Positions 8,330-17,330 of a DNA stretch of 64,000 bases are shown one piece after another. The notes under the pieces were generated by a model that saw only the letters and a program-made list of their open reading frames with translations, made no database searches and was not told where the DNA came from. The stretch comes from Ignavibacteria bacterium (lineage in GTDB: Bacteria; Bacteroidota; Ignavibacteria; Ignavibacteriales; SURF-24), in contig JAAXKN010000023.1 in the NCBI GenBank assembly GCA_025612375.1, positions 3,810 to 67,809 of the forward strand, written 5' to 3'. Made by a program: the position numbers and the translations under genes. Every line of letters starts with the position of its first letter. Within the stretch, counting starts at the first letter, position 1.

Positions 8330-9268
8330 TTAAAAAGTGAACGTCATGCCGATTTTCCAGGTGTCGTAGGTAAGAGGTTCGGCTGAGTTAAAGGGCCAGT
8401 TCATTTTCTCACGCCTTAACTGGTAGACTGCATAGGAAACACCGCTCTTAAGAAGGAAGTTGATGATCGGTCCTGCCGCAGGAGAAGAATCCATTACTTC
8501 GCCTGCAAACATATCGGCCAGGCCAAGTGCTGCTGCTTCAACGGCAAGGCTTCCCAGCTGCTTCCAGACCAGATAGCGCGGGAAAATGACCGACCTTTCA
8601 TATCCCGCATTAAGCGTAAAAAGAGGCACAATCTGAAGCTTAACTCCCCCTTCTGTCATGGAGCCGAAGCGGAAGGCGTTGTTAAAAAGATCGAGCCTGT
8701 TCTGATCCTCCGCCGTCATTCCCGGAAGAGTGCCCCCTTCGGGCAGGTCCCAGTCAACTCTCGACCAGACGAATGAATTTGAAGTGTAGGGAACTATGGC
8801 CGAACTGCCTATCTTATAGCCGTATCCATCCTGAGTGCCGAAACCGAAACGCCAGAGGTCTGAACTGATATCGGAGGCAGTGCCTTTCTTGGAAACGAGA
8901 TCGGTTGAATTGTTGCTGACAAAAAAGAAACGGTTCCTGTACCTGACTATGTAATCGTCGTAATCTTCCAGACGGCTGTAGCTCAGCCTTAATTCAGCTG
9001 AACCCACATTTGCAAAGTCCCTCTGTGAAAGCTTGCCGAAAGATTTGATCCCGACGTTCGAGTTTCCGTAAGTCAATTCAATGGTCGGCTTGCCGCCGAA
9101 GCTATGAAACTGCATAAAGCCGTAATCGCGGCCATGGCTGGTTGTACATTCTGTATTATCCTCATCTCCCCAGTCTTCCCAGATGTCCGTCGAGTCTTTC
9201 TCCTGGGCTGAAAGCGGCAGAACAAATGCCAGAAGAAATAAAGAAATTAAAAGTGAAGGTTTCAGCAT
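8330..9268 (-). CDS. Hypothetical secreted / outer-membrane beta-barrel-like protein
   Basis: The 312-aa protein has the signal peptide MLKPSLLISLFLLAFVLPLSAQE. It shows an alternating aromatic/Gly-rich pattern and ends in a C-terminal MTFTF (terminal Phe). I recognised no family. Confidence 0.5.
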   Translation of the reverse strand: MLKPSLLISLFLLAFVLPLSAQEKDSTDIWEDWGDEDNTECTTSHGRDYGFMQFHSFGGKPTIELTYGNSNVGIKSFGKLSQRDFANVGSAELRLSYSRLEDYDDYIVRYRNRFFFVSNNSTDLVSKKGTASDISSDLWRFGFGTQDGYGYKIGSSAIVPYTSNSFVWSRVDWDLPEGGTLPGMTAEDQNRLDLFNNAFRFGSMTEGGVKLQIVPLFTLNAGYERSVIFPRYLVWKQLGSLAVEAAALGLADMFAGEVMDSSPAAGPIINFLLKSGVSYAVYQLRREKMNWPFNSAEPLTYDTWKIGMTFTF

Positions 9269-9508
9269 ATTTTCTCCGATTTATTAAAATTAAAAGTATA
9301 AAAACTTAAATCAAACTGAATGCCAGAATGCATTCAGCCCCCAAATTTCCCGTAACTATAACTTTAGACGCCAGGATTGAAAAAAAGTTACATCCCCGGG
9401 CAGCACAGGCTATTCCCGGAAACTATACGAGTAAACAGTTGCTGTTCATTAATTGGGACACTTTATACGTCAGGAACTTGTGAGGGAAAGAGAGGCGGCA
9501 GTCCGCCA

Positions 9509-9560
9509 TAAAAAAGAAAAGACAGTCTGAACTTCAAAAAAGGTGCAGTTCATCCTGTCT
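9509..9560 (-). terminator. Rho-independent terminator after the response-regulator gene
   Basis: The minus strand reads AAGACAGGATGAACT-gcacctttttt-GAAGTTCAGACTGTCTT followed by TTCTTTTTTAT. It starts 40 nt after the stop at 9600. Confidence 0.7.
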
Positions 9561-9599
9561 TAAAAATCTCTCTGTACAAAGTTTCTAAAAAAGTAAAAA

Positions 9600-10001
9600 T
9601 CAGTTCAGGCGGATACCTGACTTTTCTTCCAGAGTCTTTACCAGAGTGTCCATGAGGACGTCGTTCTGAACCGGCTTTGTCAGAAATACATCTACGCCGG
9701 CACTATAGGCATTATCTTTATCTTTCTGAAATGCGTGAGCCGACAGGCCTACAACCGGAAGCGCGGAGTATTGAGGCATCTGTCTTATTTCCCTTGTAAG
9801 CTGCAGTCCGTCTTTTTTGCCGCGAAGGGATATATCCATAAGAATAATGTCGAAGCTGTTATTATTTAATTTTTCATAAAAAGTTTCTTCGGAATCGCAA
9901 ATTTCCACGTCAAACTTTCTTTTTAAGAAGATCTGCAGAAACTTCTGGTTCTCAAAATCGTCTTCAACTACCAAAAGTCTGGGTTTTGAATTTTCATTCA
10001 T
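9600..10001 (-). CDS. Single-domain response regulator (CheY-like receiver only)
   Basis: The 133-aa protein has LLVVEDD at the start and DIILMDISL with the phospho-acceptor Asp. It also has SAHA and a conserved K in LTKP. It has no output domain and no kinase gene nearby. Confidence 0.85.
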   Translation of the reverse strand: MNENSKPRLLVVEDDFENQKFLQIFLKRKFDVEICDSEETFYEKLNNNSFDIILMDISLRGKKDGLQLTREIRQMPQYSALPVVGLSAHAFQKDKDNAYSAGVDVFLTKPVQNDVLMDTLVKTLEEKSGIRLN

Positions 10002-10243
10002 TCTTAAATAATTCCTGACTTATATATAAAATCGGTTCTAATCCGTAGTTCTTAATACCGGAAACCTTTCTGCACATAGAGGGCCTCCCGTATTATTATC
10101 GAAACAAACAAGTATTAATTAACAGTAAACTTACATGCAAATTTAACTTTATTATAAAAACTTATCAATAGGTAATTATTTTATTGCAGCAGAGCCCAAA
10201 GAAGCCTTTAATAATTGAAAAACAGTATAATTTAAGATAATTT

Positions 10244-10738
10244 ATGAATAAACAAAAAAATCTATTTAGTATGTCAAAGACAAATGCCGTCAGGATACTG
10301 GAATCTCACGGAGTGAAGCATTCCACAGTTTCCTATGATTATAATGAAGATGGTCTGGATGCCATAACGGTGGCCGATAAAATCGGGGCGGAACACGAAT
10401 CGGTTTTCAAGACTTTGGTAGCCCGCGGCGATAAAACGGGCATAACTGTTTTCTGCATCCCTGCTAATGCGGAACTTGACCTGAAAAAAGCCGCCGTTGT
10501 AAGCGGCAATAAAAATATTGAGATGATAAAGGTAAAGGAACTCCTGCCGCTTACCGGATACATCAGGGGCGGATGCTCACCTATAGGAATGAAGAAAAGC
10601 TATCCTACATATATAGATGAAACAGCACAGATTTTTGATGATATCTATGTGAGTGCGGGCGTCCGGGGCACGCAGATTAAAATTAATCCCGTTGAACTTA
10701 TAAAAGTTACAGGCGCTTTATTTGCCGACATTACATGA
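10244..10738 (+). CDS. ybaK: Cys-tRNA(Pro)/Cys-tRNA(Cys) deacylase YbaK
   Basis: The sequence TNAVRILESHGVKHSTVSYDY...FKTLVARGDKTG...GYIRGGCSPIGMKK matches the YbaK/EbsC pattern. The true start may be the second ATG at 10271 (MSKTNAV). Confidence 0.8.
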   Translation: MNKQKNLFSMSKTNAVRILESHGVKHSTVSYDYNEDGLDAITVADKIGAEHESVFKTLVARGDKTGITVFCIPANAELDLKKAAVVSGNKNIEMIKVKELLPLTGYIRGGCSPIGMKKSYPTYIDETAQIFDDIYVSAGVRGTQIKINPVELIKVTGALFADIT

Positions 10739-10778
10739 AAATTTCCCGGGCAGCAAAGGCATCCCGGGAATTCACTTC

Positions 10779-11075
10779 TTATTCCACTACCCTGAAAATC
10801 TCACGGTAGCCCGCCTCAGCCAGTGGAATAAATCTTTGGTACCATTGCTGGTACTTCTCATTAGAAAAAATTTTAGGAAGCGATTCTTCAAATTCAGTGA
10901 TGTTTTTGTAGGAAGTTTCCAGTACAAGAGTGTAGTAAGTGCCTGTAAGATCGGTCAGCATCCTGTCGGGCAGGTGTCCTAAATTTCTTAAGGTTTCACT
11001 GCCTTCCCTCCAAAGCGCAAGAGCCTCTTTGGCCTTGCCGAACTTTAATCTGAAAATGTCACGAACAACTATCAT
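10779..11075 (-). CDS. Small dimeric alpha/beta-barrel-like protein (NIPSNAP/Dabb-like), function unknown
   Basis: The 98-aa protein is MIVVRDIFRLKFGKAKEALALWREG...YYTLVLETSYKNITEFEE. The pattern resembles ferredoxin-fold NIPSNAP-like proteins, but the family assignment is tentative. Confidence 0.4.
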   Translation of the reverse strand: MIVVRDIFRLKFGKAKEALALWREGSETLRNLGHLPDRMLTDLTGTYYTLVLETSYKNITEFEESLPKIFSNEKYQQWYQRFIPLAEAGYREIFRVVE

Positions 11076-11256
11076 AGATCTATCCTTTCAAAATAAAATC
11101 ATGATGAAGATACTTCAGGATCTGCTCCTGAATATGACATGGCAGATGTAATAAAATATATAAGACAACCGGTCGGATATAAGGGCGCGATGAAATAAAT
11201 GTATAAGACGGGAGAGTGATAAGCAAATGGAAAAATTTTTCTCTATAAATTAAGGA

Positions 11257-11284
11257 GGCTCAGGAGGAGGAGTAATCCTGAGCC
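11257..11284 (-). terminator. Hairpin downstream of the ABC1-kinase gene (possible terminator)
   Basis: The minus strand reads GGCTCAGG-attactcctcct-CCTGAGCC followed by an A/T-rich tail (TCCTTAATTTATAGAGAAAAATTTTT). Confidence 0.4.
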
Positions 11285-11298
11285 TTAAAAGCTGTATG

Positions 11299-12978
11299 CT
11301 ACCGGGGAGGCCTTCTTTTACCCCACTCATCTCTCATCAATATATTAATGACAAGTACGAATCCGAAAGCCGCCGCCGCAAGAAACATTATTATGGCTAT
11401 GCCCGGGTAGCCTAAAATTGTAAAGGGGCTGTTGACCCTCATCATCAAGGCCGCACCGATAATAAGAGCACCGAGGACAATTCCCATGGCAATCCTGTTT
11501 GCAATTTTCTGCATGTTTTCCATGAGGCGCAGGTCGTCAATTGCGTCTATCTTCAGCTGGAAGCGGTTATTTGCAAGCGCGTCCATGAGTGAGTTCAGGC
11601 GCGAGGGAAACTTCTGCACGAGCTCGTTTACCTCCAGAAGCGAGCTGAATATGTTTCCCGGAGAAGCCTTTCTGAAGAAGTGGCGCCTGAGTATTGTATC
11701 CGCGTGCTCGCGAATGACTGCGTTCGGGTTAAATTCCGGGTCAAGCGTGCGCCCTATCTGATCCAGGTTCAAAAGTGTTTTTCCCAGCATGGTCAGTTCC
11801 GAAGGCGTCCTGATGCCGTTATTTGCTGCAATGCGGGTAAGTTCAACCACCACGCGGCCGACCTTAATCTGTTCTAATGTTGCGTCATGGCTTCTGGCAA
11901 CAAATTCAGTAACCTCCTGCGTAAATTTCTCTTCATCAAAGTCGTGAAGCGGCGTCCCCAGGCCCTTACTGATCTCGGCAGCATCTTTTCCCCTGCCGTC
12001 ACTGACATAAAGAAGAAGTTTAAGCAGGCTTTCCCTTACCTCCGGGTCCACACGGGCTACCATGCCGAGGTCGATGAGGGCAACCTTGTGGTCATCCGTA
12101 ATAAAAACGTTTCCGGGGTGGGGATCGGCATGGAAAAATCCGTCAATTAAAACCTGGTCGAGATATGCCTCAAAAAGCTCGCGGGCAAGTTTTTTCCCGT
12201 CAAGGTCAATATAAGCCAGCGGGCTTAAAGATGTTACTTTTGTTCCCCTTACGAAATCCATTGTAAGGACTTTTGAGGAGGAATAGTCTTCAACAGGCTG
12301 AGGGACAATTATATCCGGGTAGCGTTCCAGGTTCTGCCCCAGTTTAATAAGGTTCTGCGCTTCCTGACGGTAGTCCAGCTCCTGAAGGAGGGCTTTCTTA
12401 AATTCGCCAAGTATATTCTGGAACGAATAGCGCCTGCCTGCATCAGTGTGGCGGTCGAGCGTATCGGCAATGTCGTTTAATGCCCCGAGGTCATGCAAAA
12501 TGGTTTCCCTTATTCCGGGGCGCTGGACTTTTATGGCAACCGGGCGTCCGTCGCGCAGTTTGGCCTTGTGCACCTGTCCTAACGATGCTGCCGCCATAGG
12601 CTCAGGGTTAAATTCCATAAAGGCTTTTGAAATTCTTACACCCAGTTCATCCTGAACGATCTGTTCAACCTCTTCAAATGAAAAAGGTTTTACGTTATCC
12701 TGCAGGCGCGAAAGAGCGTCCAGGTAAGGCTGCGGCAGAAAGTCGGGCCGGGTCGAAAGAAGCTGCCCCAGTTTGATAAATGTAGGGCCCAGCTCCTCGA
12801 GGTCGCGCGCAAGCTGCTCCGGGTCCCCTTTTTTAATGTCTCCCGACACAATTTCATCTTCCAGCATCGTGTCGTCAGTGCCGGTTGTCTTTACAATGTC
12901 TTTGCTTCCGTATTTAACAAGCAGCATTGCTATATCTTTATATCTTTTCAGCTTTTCCGGTGAAAGGGAAATGGCCAT
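11299..12978 (-). CDS. ABC1/UbiB-family atypical protein kinase with C-terminal membrane anchor
   Basis: The sequence has FIKLGQLLSTRPDFLP, AAASLGQVHKA, VAIKVQRPG, HADPHPGN and LIDLGM motifs, followed by 2 C-terminal TM helices. I moved the start to ATG 12978 (MAISLSPEKL), which is preceded by AAGGAGA. The ORF-track start at 13062 is a TTG. Confidence 0.85.
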   Translation of the reverse strand: MAISLSPEKLKRYKDIAMLLVKYGSKDIVKTTGTDDTMLEDEIVSGDIKKGDPEQLARDLEELGPTFIKLGQLLSTRPDFLPQPYLDALSRLQDNVKPFSFEEVEQIVQDELGVRISKAFMEFNPEPMAAASLGQVHKAKLRDGRPVAIKVQRPGIRETILHDLGALNDIADTLDRHTDAGRRYSFQNILGEFKKALLQELDYRQEAQNLIKLGQNLERYPDIIVPQPVEDYSSSKVLTMDFVRGTKVTSLSPLAYIDLDGKKLARELFEAYLDQVLIDGFFHADPHPGNVFITDDHKVALIDLGMVARVDPEVRESLLKLLLYVSDGRGKDAAEISKGLGTPLHDFDEEKFTQEVTEFVARSHDATLEQIKVGRVVVELTRIAANNGIRTPSELTMLGKTLLNLDQIGRTLDPEFNPNAVIREHADTILRRHFFRKASPGNIFSSLLEVNELVQKFPSRLNSLMDALANNRFQLKIDAIDDLRLMENMQKIANRIAMGIVLGALIIGAALMMRVNSPFTILGYPGIAIIMFLAAAAFGFVLVINILMRDEWGKRRPPR

Positions 12979-13093
12979 GATCTGTCTCCTTGTGGTATAT
13001 ATTATCAATAAACCGAAGGAGCCCTTCAAATTCAAGGCGCTTTTAGGGTAGGTGGAAGACAAATATTAAATGCGCATTTCCACCCTTATTGGA

Positions 13094-13122
13094 TTGACTT
13101 AAAAGGGTAAAAAGAATATTAT
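13094..13122 (+). promoter_or_regulatory. Sigma-70-like promoter candidate for the treZ operon
   Basis: The sequence is TTGACT-17 nt-TATTAT, about 150 nt upstream of ATG 13276. Confidence 0.35.
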
Positions 13123-13275
13123 ATTTTAATCGCTTAAGGGATAGGCCAGTCATCATTGAACAAAACCTTCGTTTCAAAAAAACATACTATAGATTATGAA
13201 TTGCTCCTGGCTTTGATCTGTCGAATGTGAATAAGATTTGTGTGAATAATAAAAGAAATTGAGAGGATTAAGGAA

Positions 13276-15234
13276 ATGCCGGCAGACAAGATCAGGCAGC
13301 TTGAAGAACAGCATGCCATAAAAACCAGAAGGTATCCCATTGGAGCAGAGATTCAAAAGGACGGGGGTGTGCATTTCCGGCTTTGGGCACCGGATCATAA
13401 AAAGGCGGAGGTCGTCCTTGAAGAAGAGGGGCAGGCACAGGGCCGTTCTTACGGAATGACTTCAGAAGGCAACGGGTACTTTTCAGTGCTTGTGGAAAGA
13501 GCTAAGGAAGGAACACTTTACCGCTTCAGGATTGATAACGGTAAATATCTTCTTCCCGATCCTGCCAGCCGCTACCAGCCGGAAGGGCCTCACGGGCCTT
13601 CGCAGGTTGTTGATTCTGAAAAATTTCAGTGGGGCGACTCCCGCTGGAAAGGCTTGGAACCTAAAGGGCAGGTCATCTATGAGATGCATATCGGCACCTT
13701 TACACGCGAAGGGACTTATCTTTCGGCCGTTAAGGAATTAAAACACCTCAAAGAAATTGGCATTACAGTTTTGGAACTGATGCCGGTTGCAGAGTTTTCA
13801 GGAAATTTCGGCTGGGGCTATGACGGGGTCGACCTCTTTGCCCCGATGCATGTTTATGGAAAGCCGGATGACCTCAGGATTTTTATAGACCAGGCGCATA
13901 AAGAAGGACTTGGCGTCATACTGGACGTAGTCTATAACCACTTTGGGCCTGACGGGAATTACCTGAAAGAATTTACTTCCCATTATTTTACAGATAAATA
14001 TAAAAATGAATGGGGTGAAGCAATAAATTTTGACGGGGAGAATTCTGCTCCGGTAAGGGAATTCTTTATTGCAAACGCCAGATACTGGGTTGACGAGTTC
14101 CACTTCGACGGACTCAGGCTGGATGCAACTCAGCAGATATTCGACGACTCTGAAACACATGTGCTTGCTGAAATAACAAAAACAGTAAGACTTGCCGGCA
14201 AAAACCGCAGGACGTTTATTGTTGCTGAAAACGAGCCCCAGAAGGCAAAGCTCGTAGAACCCCTTGAGAAAAAGGGCTACGGTATGGACTGCCTCTGGAA
14301 TGACGACCTGCACCATAGCGCTATGGTTGCTCTCACAGGACACAATGAGGCCTACTATACGGATTACCTTGGAAAACCGCAGGAGTTTATTTCAGCTTTC
14401 AAGTACGGTTACCTCTATCAGGGGCAGTATTACAGGTGGCAGAAAAAACACCGCGGAACGCAGAGCTTCCACCTGAGGCCCGGGAACTTCTGTACTTTTA
14501 TACAAAACCACGACCAGATTGCAAACTCCGGGCGCGGGCAGAGAATTCATGAACTGACCTCTCCCGGCAAATACAAGGCAATGACGGCTCTTTTCCTCCT
14601 TGCACCCGGAACACCAATGCTTTTCCAGGGACAGGAATTTGCCTCTTCAAACCCGTTCTATTATTTCGCGGACCACAATAAGGAACTGGCACAGAAGGTC
14701 GCAGAAGGACGCTCGGAATTCCTGGCTCAGTTCCCCAGCCTTGCCACGCCTGAGATGCAGTGGTGCCTTCCCGATCCGGCAAGCCAAAGAACATTTGAAC
14801 GCTCAAAGATCGACTTCGCCGAAAGGCAGAGCCATGCCGCAATTTATAAAATGCACAGGGACCTTCTGACGTTAAGACGTGAGGACCCTGTCCTAAGCCG
14901 CCAGGAACGCCGGATGATGGATGGCGCTGTACTGGCCGATGAAGCTTTTCTGCTGAGATTTTTTGATGATGATGGCAGCGACAGGCTTTTAATTGTAAAT
15001 CTTGGACGGGATATTGAGCTTATAATTGTACCCGAGCCCCTGCTTGCACCTCCTGAAGGGAGAATCTGGAAGACACTTTGGGCAAGCGAAAAACCAGAAT
15101 ACGGTGGCTGCGGAAGCCCCGACGTTCAGGCAGAAGGCGCCTGGAGAATACAGGGGCATGCGGCTGTGCTTTTAATGGCAAAGAAAGTTGAAAATCCATC
15201 TGAAACCAAAAAAAGTAAAAGTGAAGAACAGTAA
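13276..15234 (+). CDS. treZ: Malto-oligosyltrehalose trehalohydrolase (GH13, TreZ-type)
   Basis: The 652-aa protein has an N-terminal GVHFRLWAP segment. Its GH13 catalytic regions are GVILDVVYNHFGPDGNYL, FDGLRLDA, VAENE and the TreZ-typical LWNDDLHH. Confidence 0.8.
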   Translation: MPADKIRQLEEQHAIKTRRYPIGAEIQKDGGVHFRLWAPDHKKAEVVLEEEGQAQGRSYGMTSEGNGYFSVLVERAKEGTLYRFRIDNGKYLLPDPASRYQPEGPHGPSQVVDSEKFQWGDSRWKGLEPKGQVIYEMHIGTFTREGTYLSAVKELKHLKEIGITVLELMPVAEFSGNFGWGYDGVDLFAPMHVYGKPDDLRIFIDQAHKEGLGVILDVVYNHFGPDGNYLKEFTSHYFTDKYKNEWGEAINFDGENSAPVREFFIANARYWVDEFHFDGLRLDATQQIFDDSETHVLAEITKTVRLAGKNRRTFIVAENEPQKAKLVEPLEKKGYGMDCLWNDDLHHSAMVALTGHNEAYYTDYLGKPQEFISAFKYGYLYQGQYYRWQKKHRGTQSFHLRPGNFCTFIQNHDQIANSGRGQRIHELTSPGKYKAMTALFLLAPGTPMLFQGQEFASSNPFYYFADHNKELAQKVAEGRSEFLAQFPSLATPEMQWCLPDPASQRTFERSKIDFAERQSHAAIYKMHRDLLTLRREDPVLSRQERRMMDGAVLADEAFLLRFFDDDGSDRLLIVNLGRDIELIIVPEPLLAPPEGRIWKTLWASEKPEYGGCGSPDVQAEGAWRIQGHAAVLLMAKKVENPSETKKSKSEEQ

Positions 15235-15245
15235 AGAGGGAGAAA

Positions 15246-17285
15246 ATGAATATACTAGTGCGCTCACTGCCCTGGAAGAAAGAAAAAGACGGAAGCCTGG
15301 AGCCGCTGCTGACACGCGAATGGCTCGTGTCAAACGGCCTCGGGGGCTACGCCTCAGGAAGCATCTCGGGAGTGGTTACAAGGCGTTATCATGGTCTTTT
15401 AATCTCTGCACTGCCCGCGCCGCACGGGCGCATGGTAATGCTGAACCACCTCTCAGAACAGATTCTTTTCCCCGACGGCACAAAGGTCCAGCTGGGCTCA
15501 GAGGAAAGGGCCGAGAGCGTGCTCGAAATCCCGGGAGCGGGGCACCTTGCCGAATTCCGCCTCGACCAGGGACTCCCGGTCTGGAAATTTGAAATAAACG
15601 GAGTTACTCTGGAAAAAACCCTCCTTATGCCTCATATGCAGAATACGGTTCACGTAAACTACAGGATTACCTCGGGCCAGGGCCCCGTTACACTGCTGGT
15701 GCGACCTTCAATGCACTTCAGGCCGCATGAGGCTGCTGTAAGCGAAGAGCTCCATAAGCCTTATGTCCTTACAGTAATAAACGACCGCTTCGAGGTCTCG
15801 GCCGGAACGGACCTTCCCTCTTTAAGAATGCTTCTCTACGGCGAAAGAGCAACACTTACTTCGGACAAAGGAAGTGTAAGAGAGCTCTTCTACAGAATAG
15901 AGGCCGAACGCGGCTATGATTCGAGAGGACTGCTCTGGAGCCCGGGATACTTTTCAACCGAGCTCGACGGCACCCACGACGCAACACTGGTGGCATCAAC
16001 CGAATCGTGGCAGACAATACTTGCACTCCAGCCTAAGGAAGCTATGGATGCCGAAAAAGAAAGAAGAAGAAGACTGATATCTGCGGCCTGCCCTGAGACG
16101 GAAGATCATGAGATATCGGAGTTTGTGCTTGCTGCAGACCAGTTTATTATTACACCCGCTGGCCGCGTTGAAGATGCCGCGCGTGCGCGTGCCTCTGGCG
16201 ACGAGGTAAGAACGGTTATAGCAGGCTACCACTGGTTTACAGACTGGGGGCGCGACACCATGATAAGCCTTGAGGGCCTGACACTTGCTACGGGCCGCCA
16301 TAATGAGGCGGGATGGATATTAAGGACATTTGCACATTACGTAAAAGACGGACTTATCCCAAACATGTTCCCCGAAGGAGAAAAGCAGGGCCTTTATCAT
16401 ACGGCTGATGCAACACTGTGGTTTTTCCACGCTCTCGACAGATACCTTAACCTTACAGGCGACAGAGAAACACTCAGACTCATACTTCCAAAACTTAAAA
16501 GCATCATCGACTACCACATACGCGGCACTAGATTTAATATTGGCGTTGATCCAAAGGACGGGCTTTTAAGACAGGGACAGGAAGGCTATCAGCTGACATG
16601 GATGGATGCAAAGGTTGAGGACTGGGTGGTAACGCCAAGGCGCGGTAAGGCTGTTGAAATAAATGCCCTCTGGTATAATGCACTCTGCCTCATGGAAGGA
16701 TGGCTGTCTGAGGAAGAAGGAGATGAGTCGGCAGGACAGGTTAGAGAACATTCGCAGCGTGTCAGGGAGTCATTCAATAAGCGCTTCTGGTACGAGCCGG
16801 GGGGATATCTTTATGACGTTGTAGACGGTGAAAAAGGCGACGACTCCTCCTGCCGGCCGAACCAGGTCTTTGCAATTTCACTTCCAAACCCAGTGCTTAA
16901 CCGGGATAAGTGGGAACCTGTAATGCAGGTGGTTCAGGAGAGGCTCCTTACCCCAATGGGCCTGAGATCCCTGGCGCCGGGCAATCCTGACTATAAAGCA
17001 AAATATTTCGGTGATCTGAGGGCGCGTGATGCCGCCTACCACCAGGGGACTGTCTGGGCATGGCTCATCGGGCCTTTTATTGATGCATGGCTGAAACTAA
17101 ATGACAACGATACCAAAGGAGCCCGCAGATTTTTAGAAGGGTTTAATCACCACCTTAACGAAGCCTGCATAGGATCAATAAGCGAGATCTTTGATGCCGA
17201 GCAGCCATTTACCCCCAGAGGCTGCATAGCACAGGCCTGGAGCGTGGCCGAGGTCTTGAGATGCCTCGTTAAGACAAGAGATTAA
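15246..17285 (+). CDS. Amylo-alpha-1,6-glucosidase / glycogen debranching enzyme (GDE_N + GDE_C, archaeal-type)
   Basis: The 679-aa protein has REWLVSNGLGGYASGSISGVVTRRYHGLL and VIAGYHWFTDWGRDTMISL. It also has WMDAKV...VTPRRGKAVEINALWYNAL and AYHQGTVWAWLIGPF, all typical of this family. It starts 11 nt after treZ. Confidence 0.85.
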   Translation: MNILVRSLPWKKEKDGSLEPLLTREWLVSNGLGGYASGSISGVVTRRYHGLLISALPAPHGRMVMLNHLSEQILFPDGTKVQLGSEERAESVLEIPGAGHLAEFRLDQGLPVWKFEINGVTLEKTLLMPHMQNTVHVNYRITSGQGPVTLLVRPSMHFRPHEAAVSEELHKPYVLTVINDRFEVSAGTDLPSLRMLLYGERATLTSDKGSVRELFYRIEAERGYDSRGLLWSPGYFSTELDGTHDATLVASTESWQTILALQPKEAMDAEKERRRRLISAACPETEDHEISEFVLAADQFIITPAGRVEDAARARASGDEVRTVIAGYHWFTDWGRDTMISLEGLTLATGRHNEAGWILRTFAHYVKDGLIPNMFPEGEKQGLYHTADATLWFFHALDRYLNLTGDRETLRLILPKLKSIIDYHIRGTRFNIGVDPKDGLLRQGQEGYQLTWMDAKVEDWVVTPRRGKAVEINALWYNALCLMEGWLSEEEGDESAGQVREHSQRVRESFNKRFWYEPGGYLYDVVDGEKGDDSSCRPNQVFAISLPNPVLNRDKWEPVMQVVQERLLTPMGLRSLAPGNPDYKAKYFGDLRARDAAYHQGTVWAWLIGPFIDAWLKLNDNDTKGARRFLEGFNHHLNEACIGSISEIFDAEQPFTPRGCIAQAWSVAEVLRCLVKTRD

Positions 17286-17297
17286 ATCATTTCTCCA

Positions 17298-17317
17298 GGG
17301 GCGCACCGCCGTGCGCC
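17298..17317. terminator. GC-rich hairpin between convergent genes
   Basis: The hairpin is GGGCGCAC-cgcc-GTGCGCCC, sited between the stops at 17285 (+) and 17331 (-). The U-tracts are weak on both strands. Confidence 0.5.
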
Positions 17318-17330
17318 CGGACGATTTAAA

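Noticed and set aside
8301-8336. A short tandem AAAACTT-like run (cttaaaacttataactcaaaacttaaaacttaaaaag) at the 3' end of the 8330-9268 gene was considered as a micro-satellite or CRISPR-like feature.
   Set aside because: It has only three or four degenerate 7-mers and no spacers, and it lies partly inside the stop codon region. No CRISPR-like repeat-spacer periodicity appears anywhere in the window.
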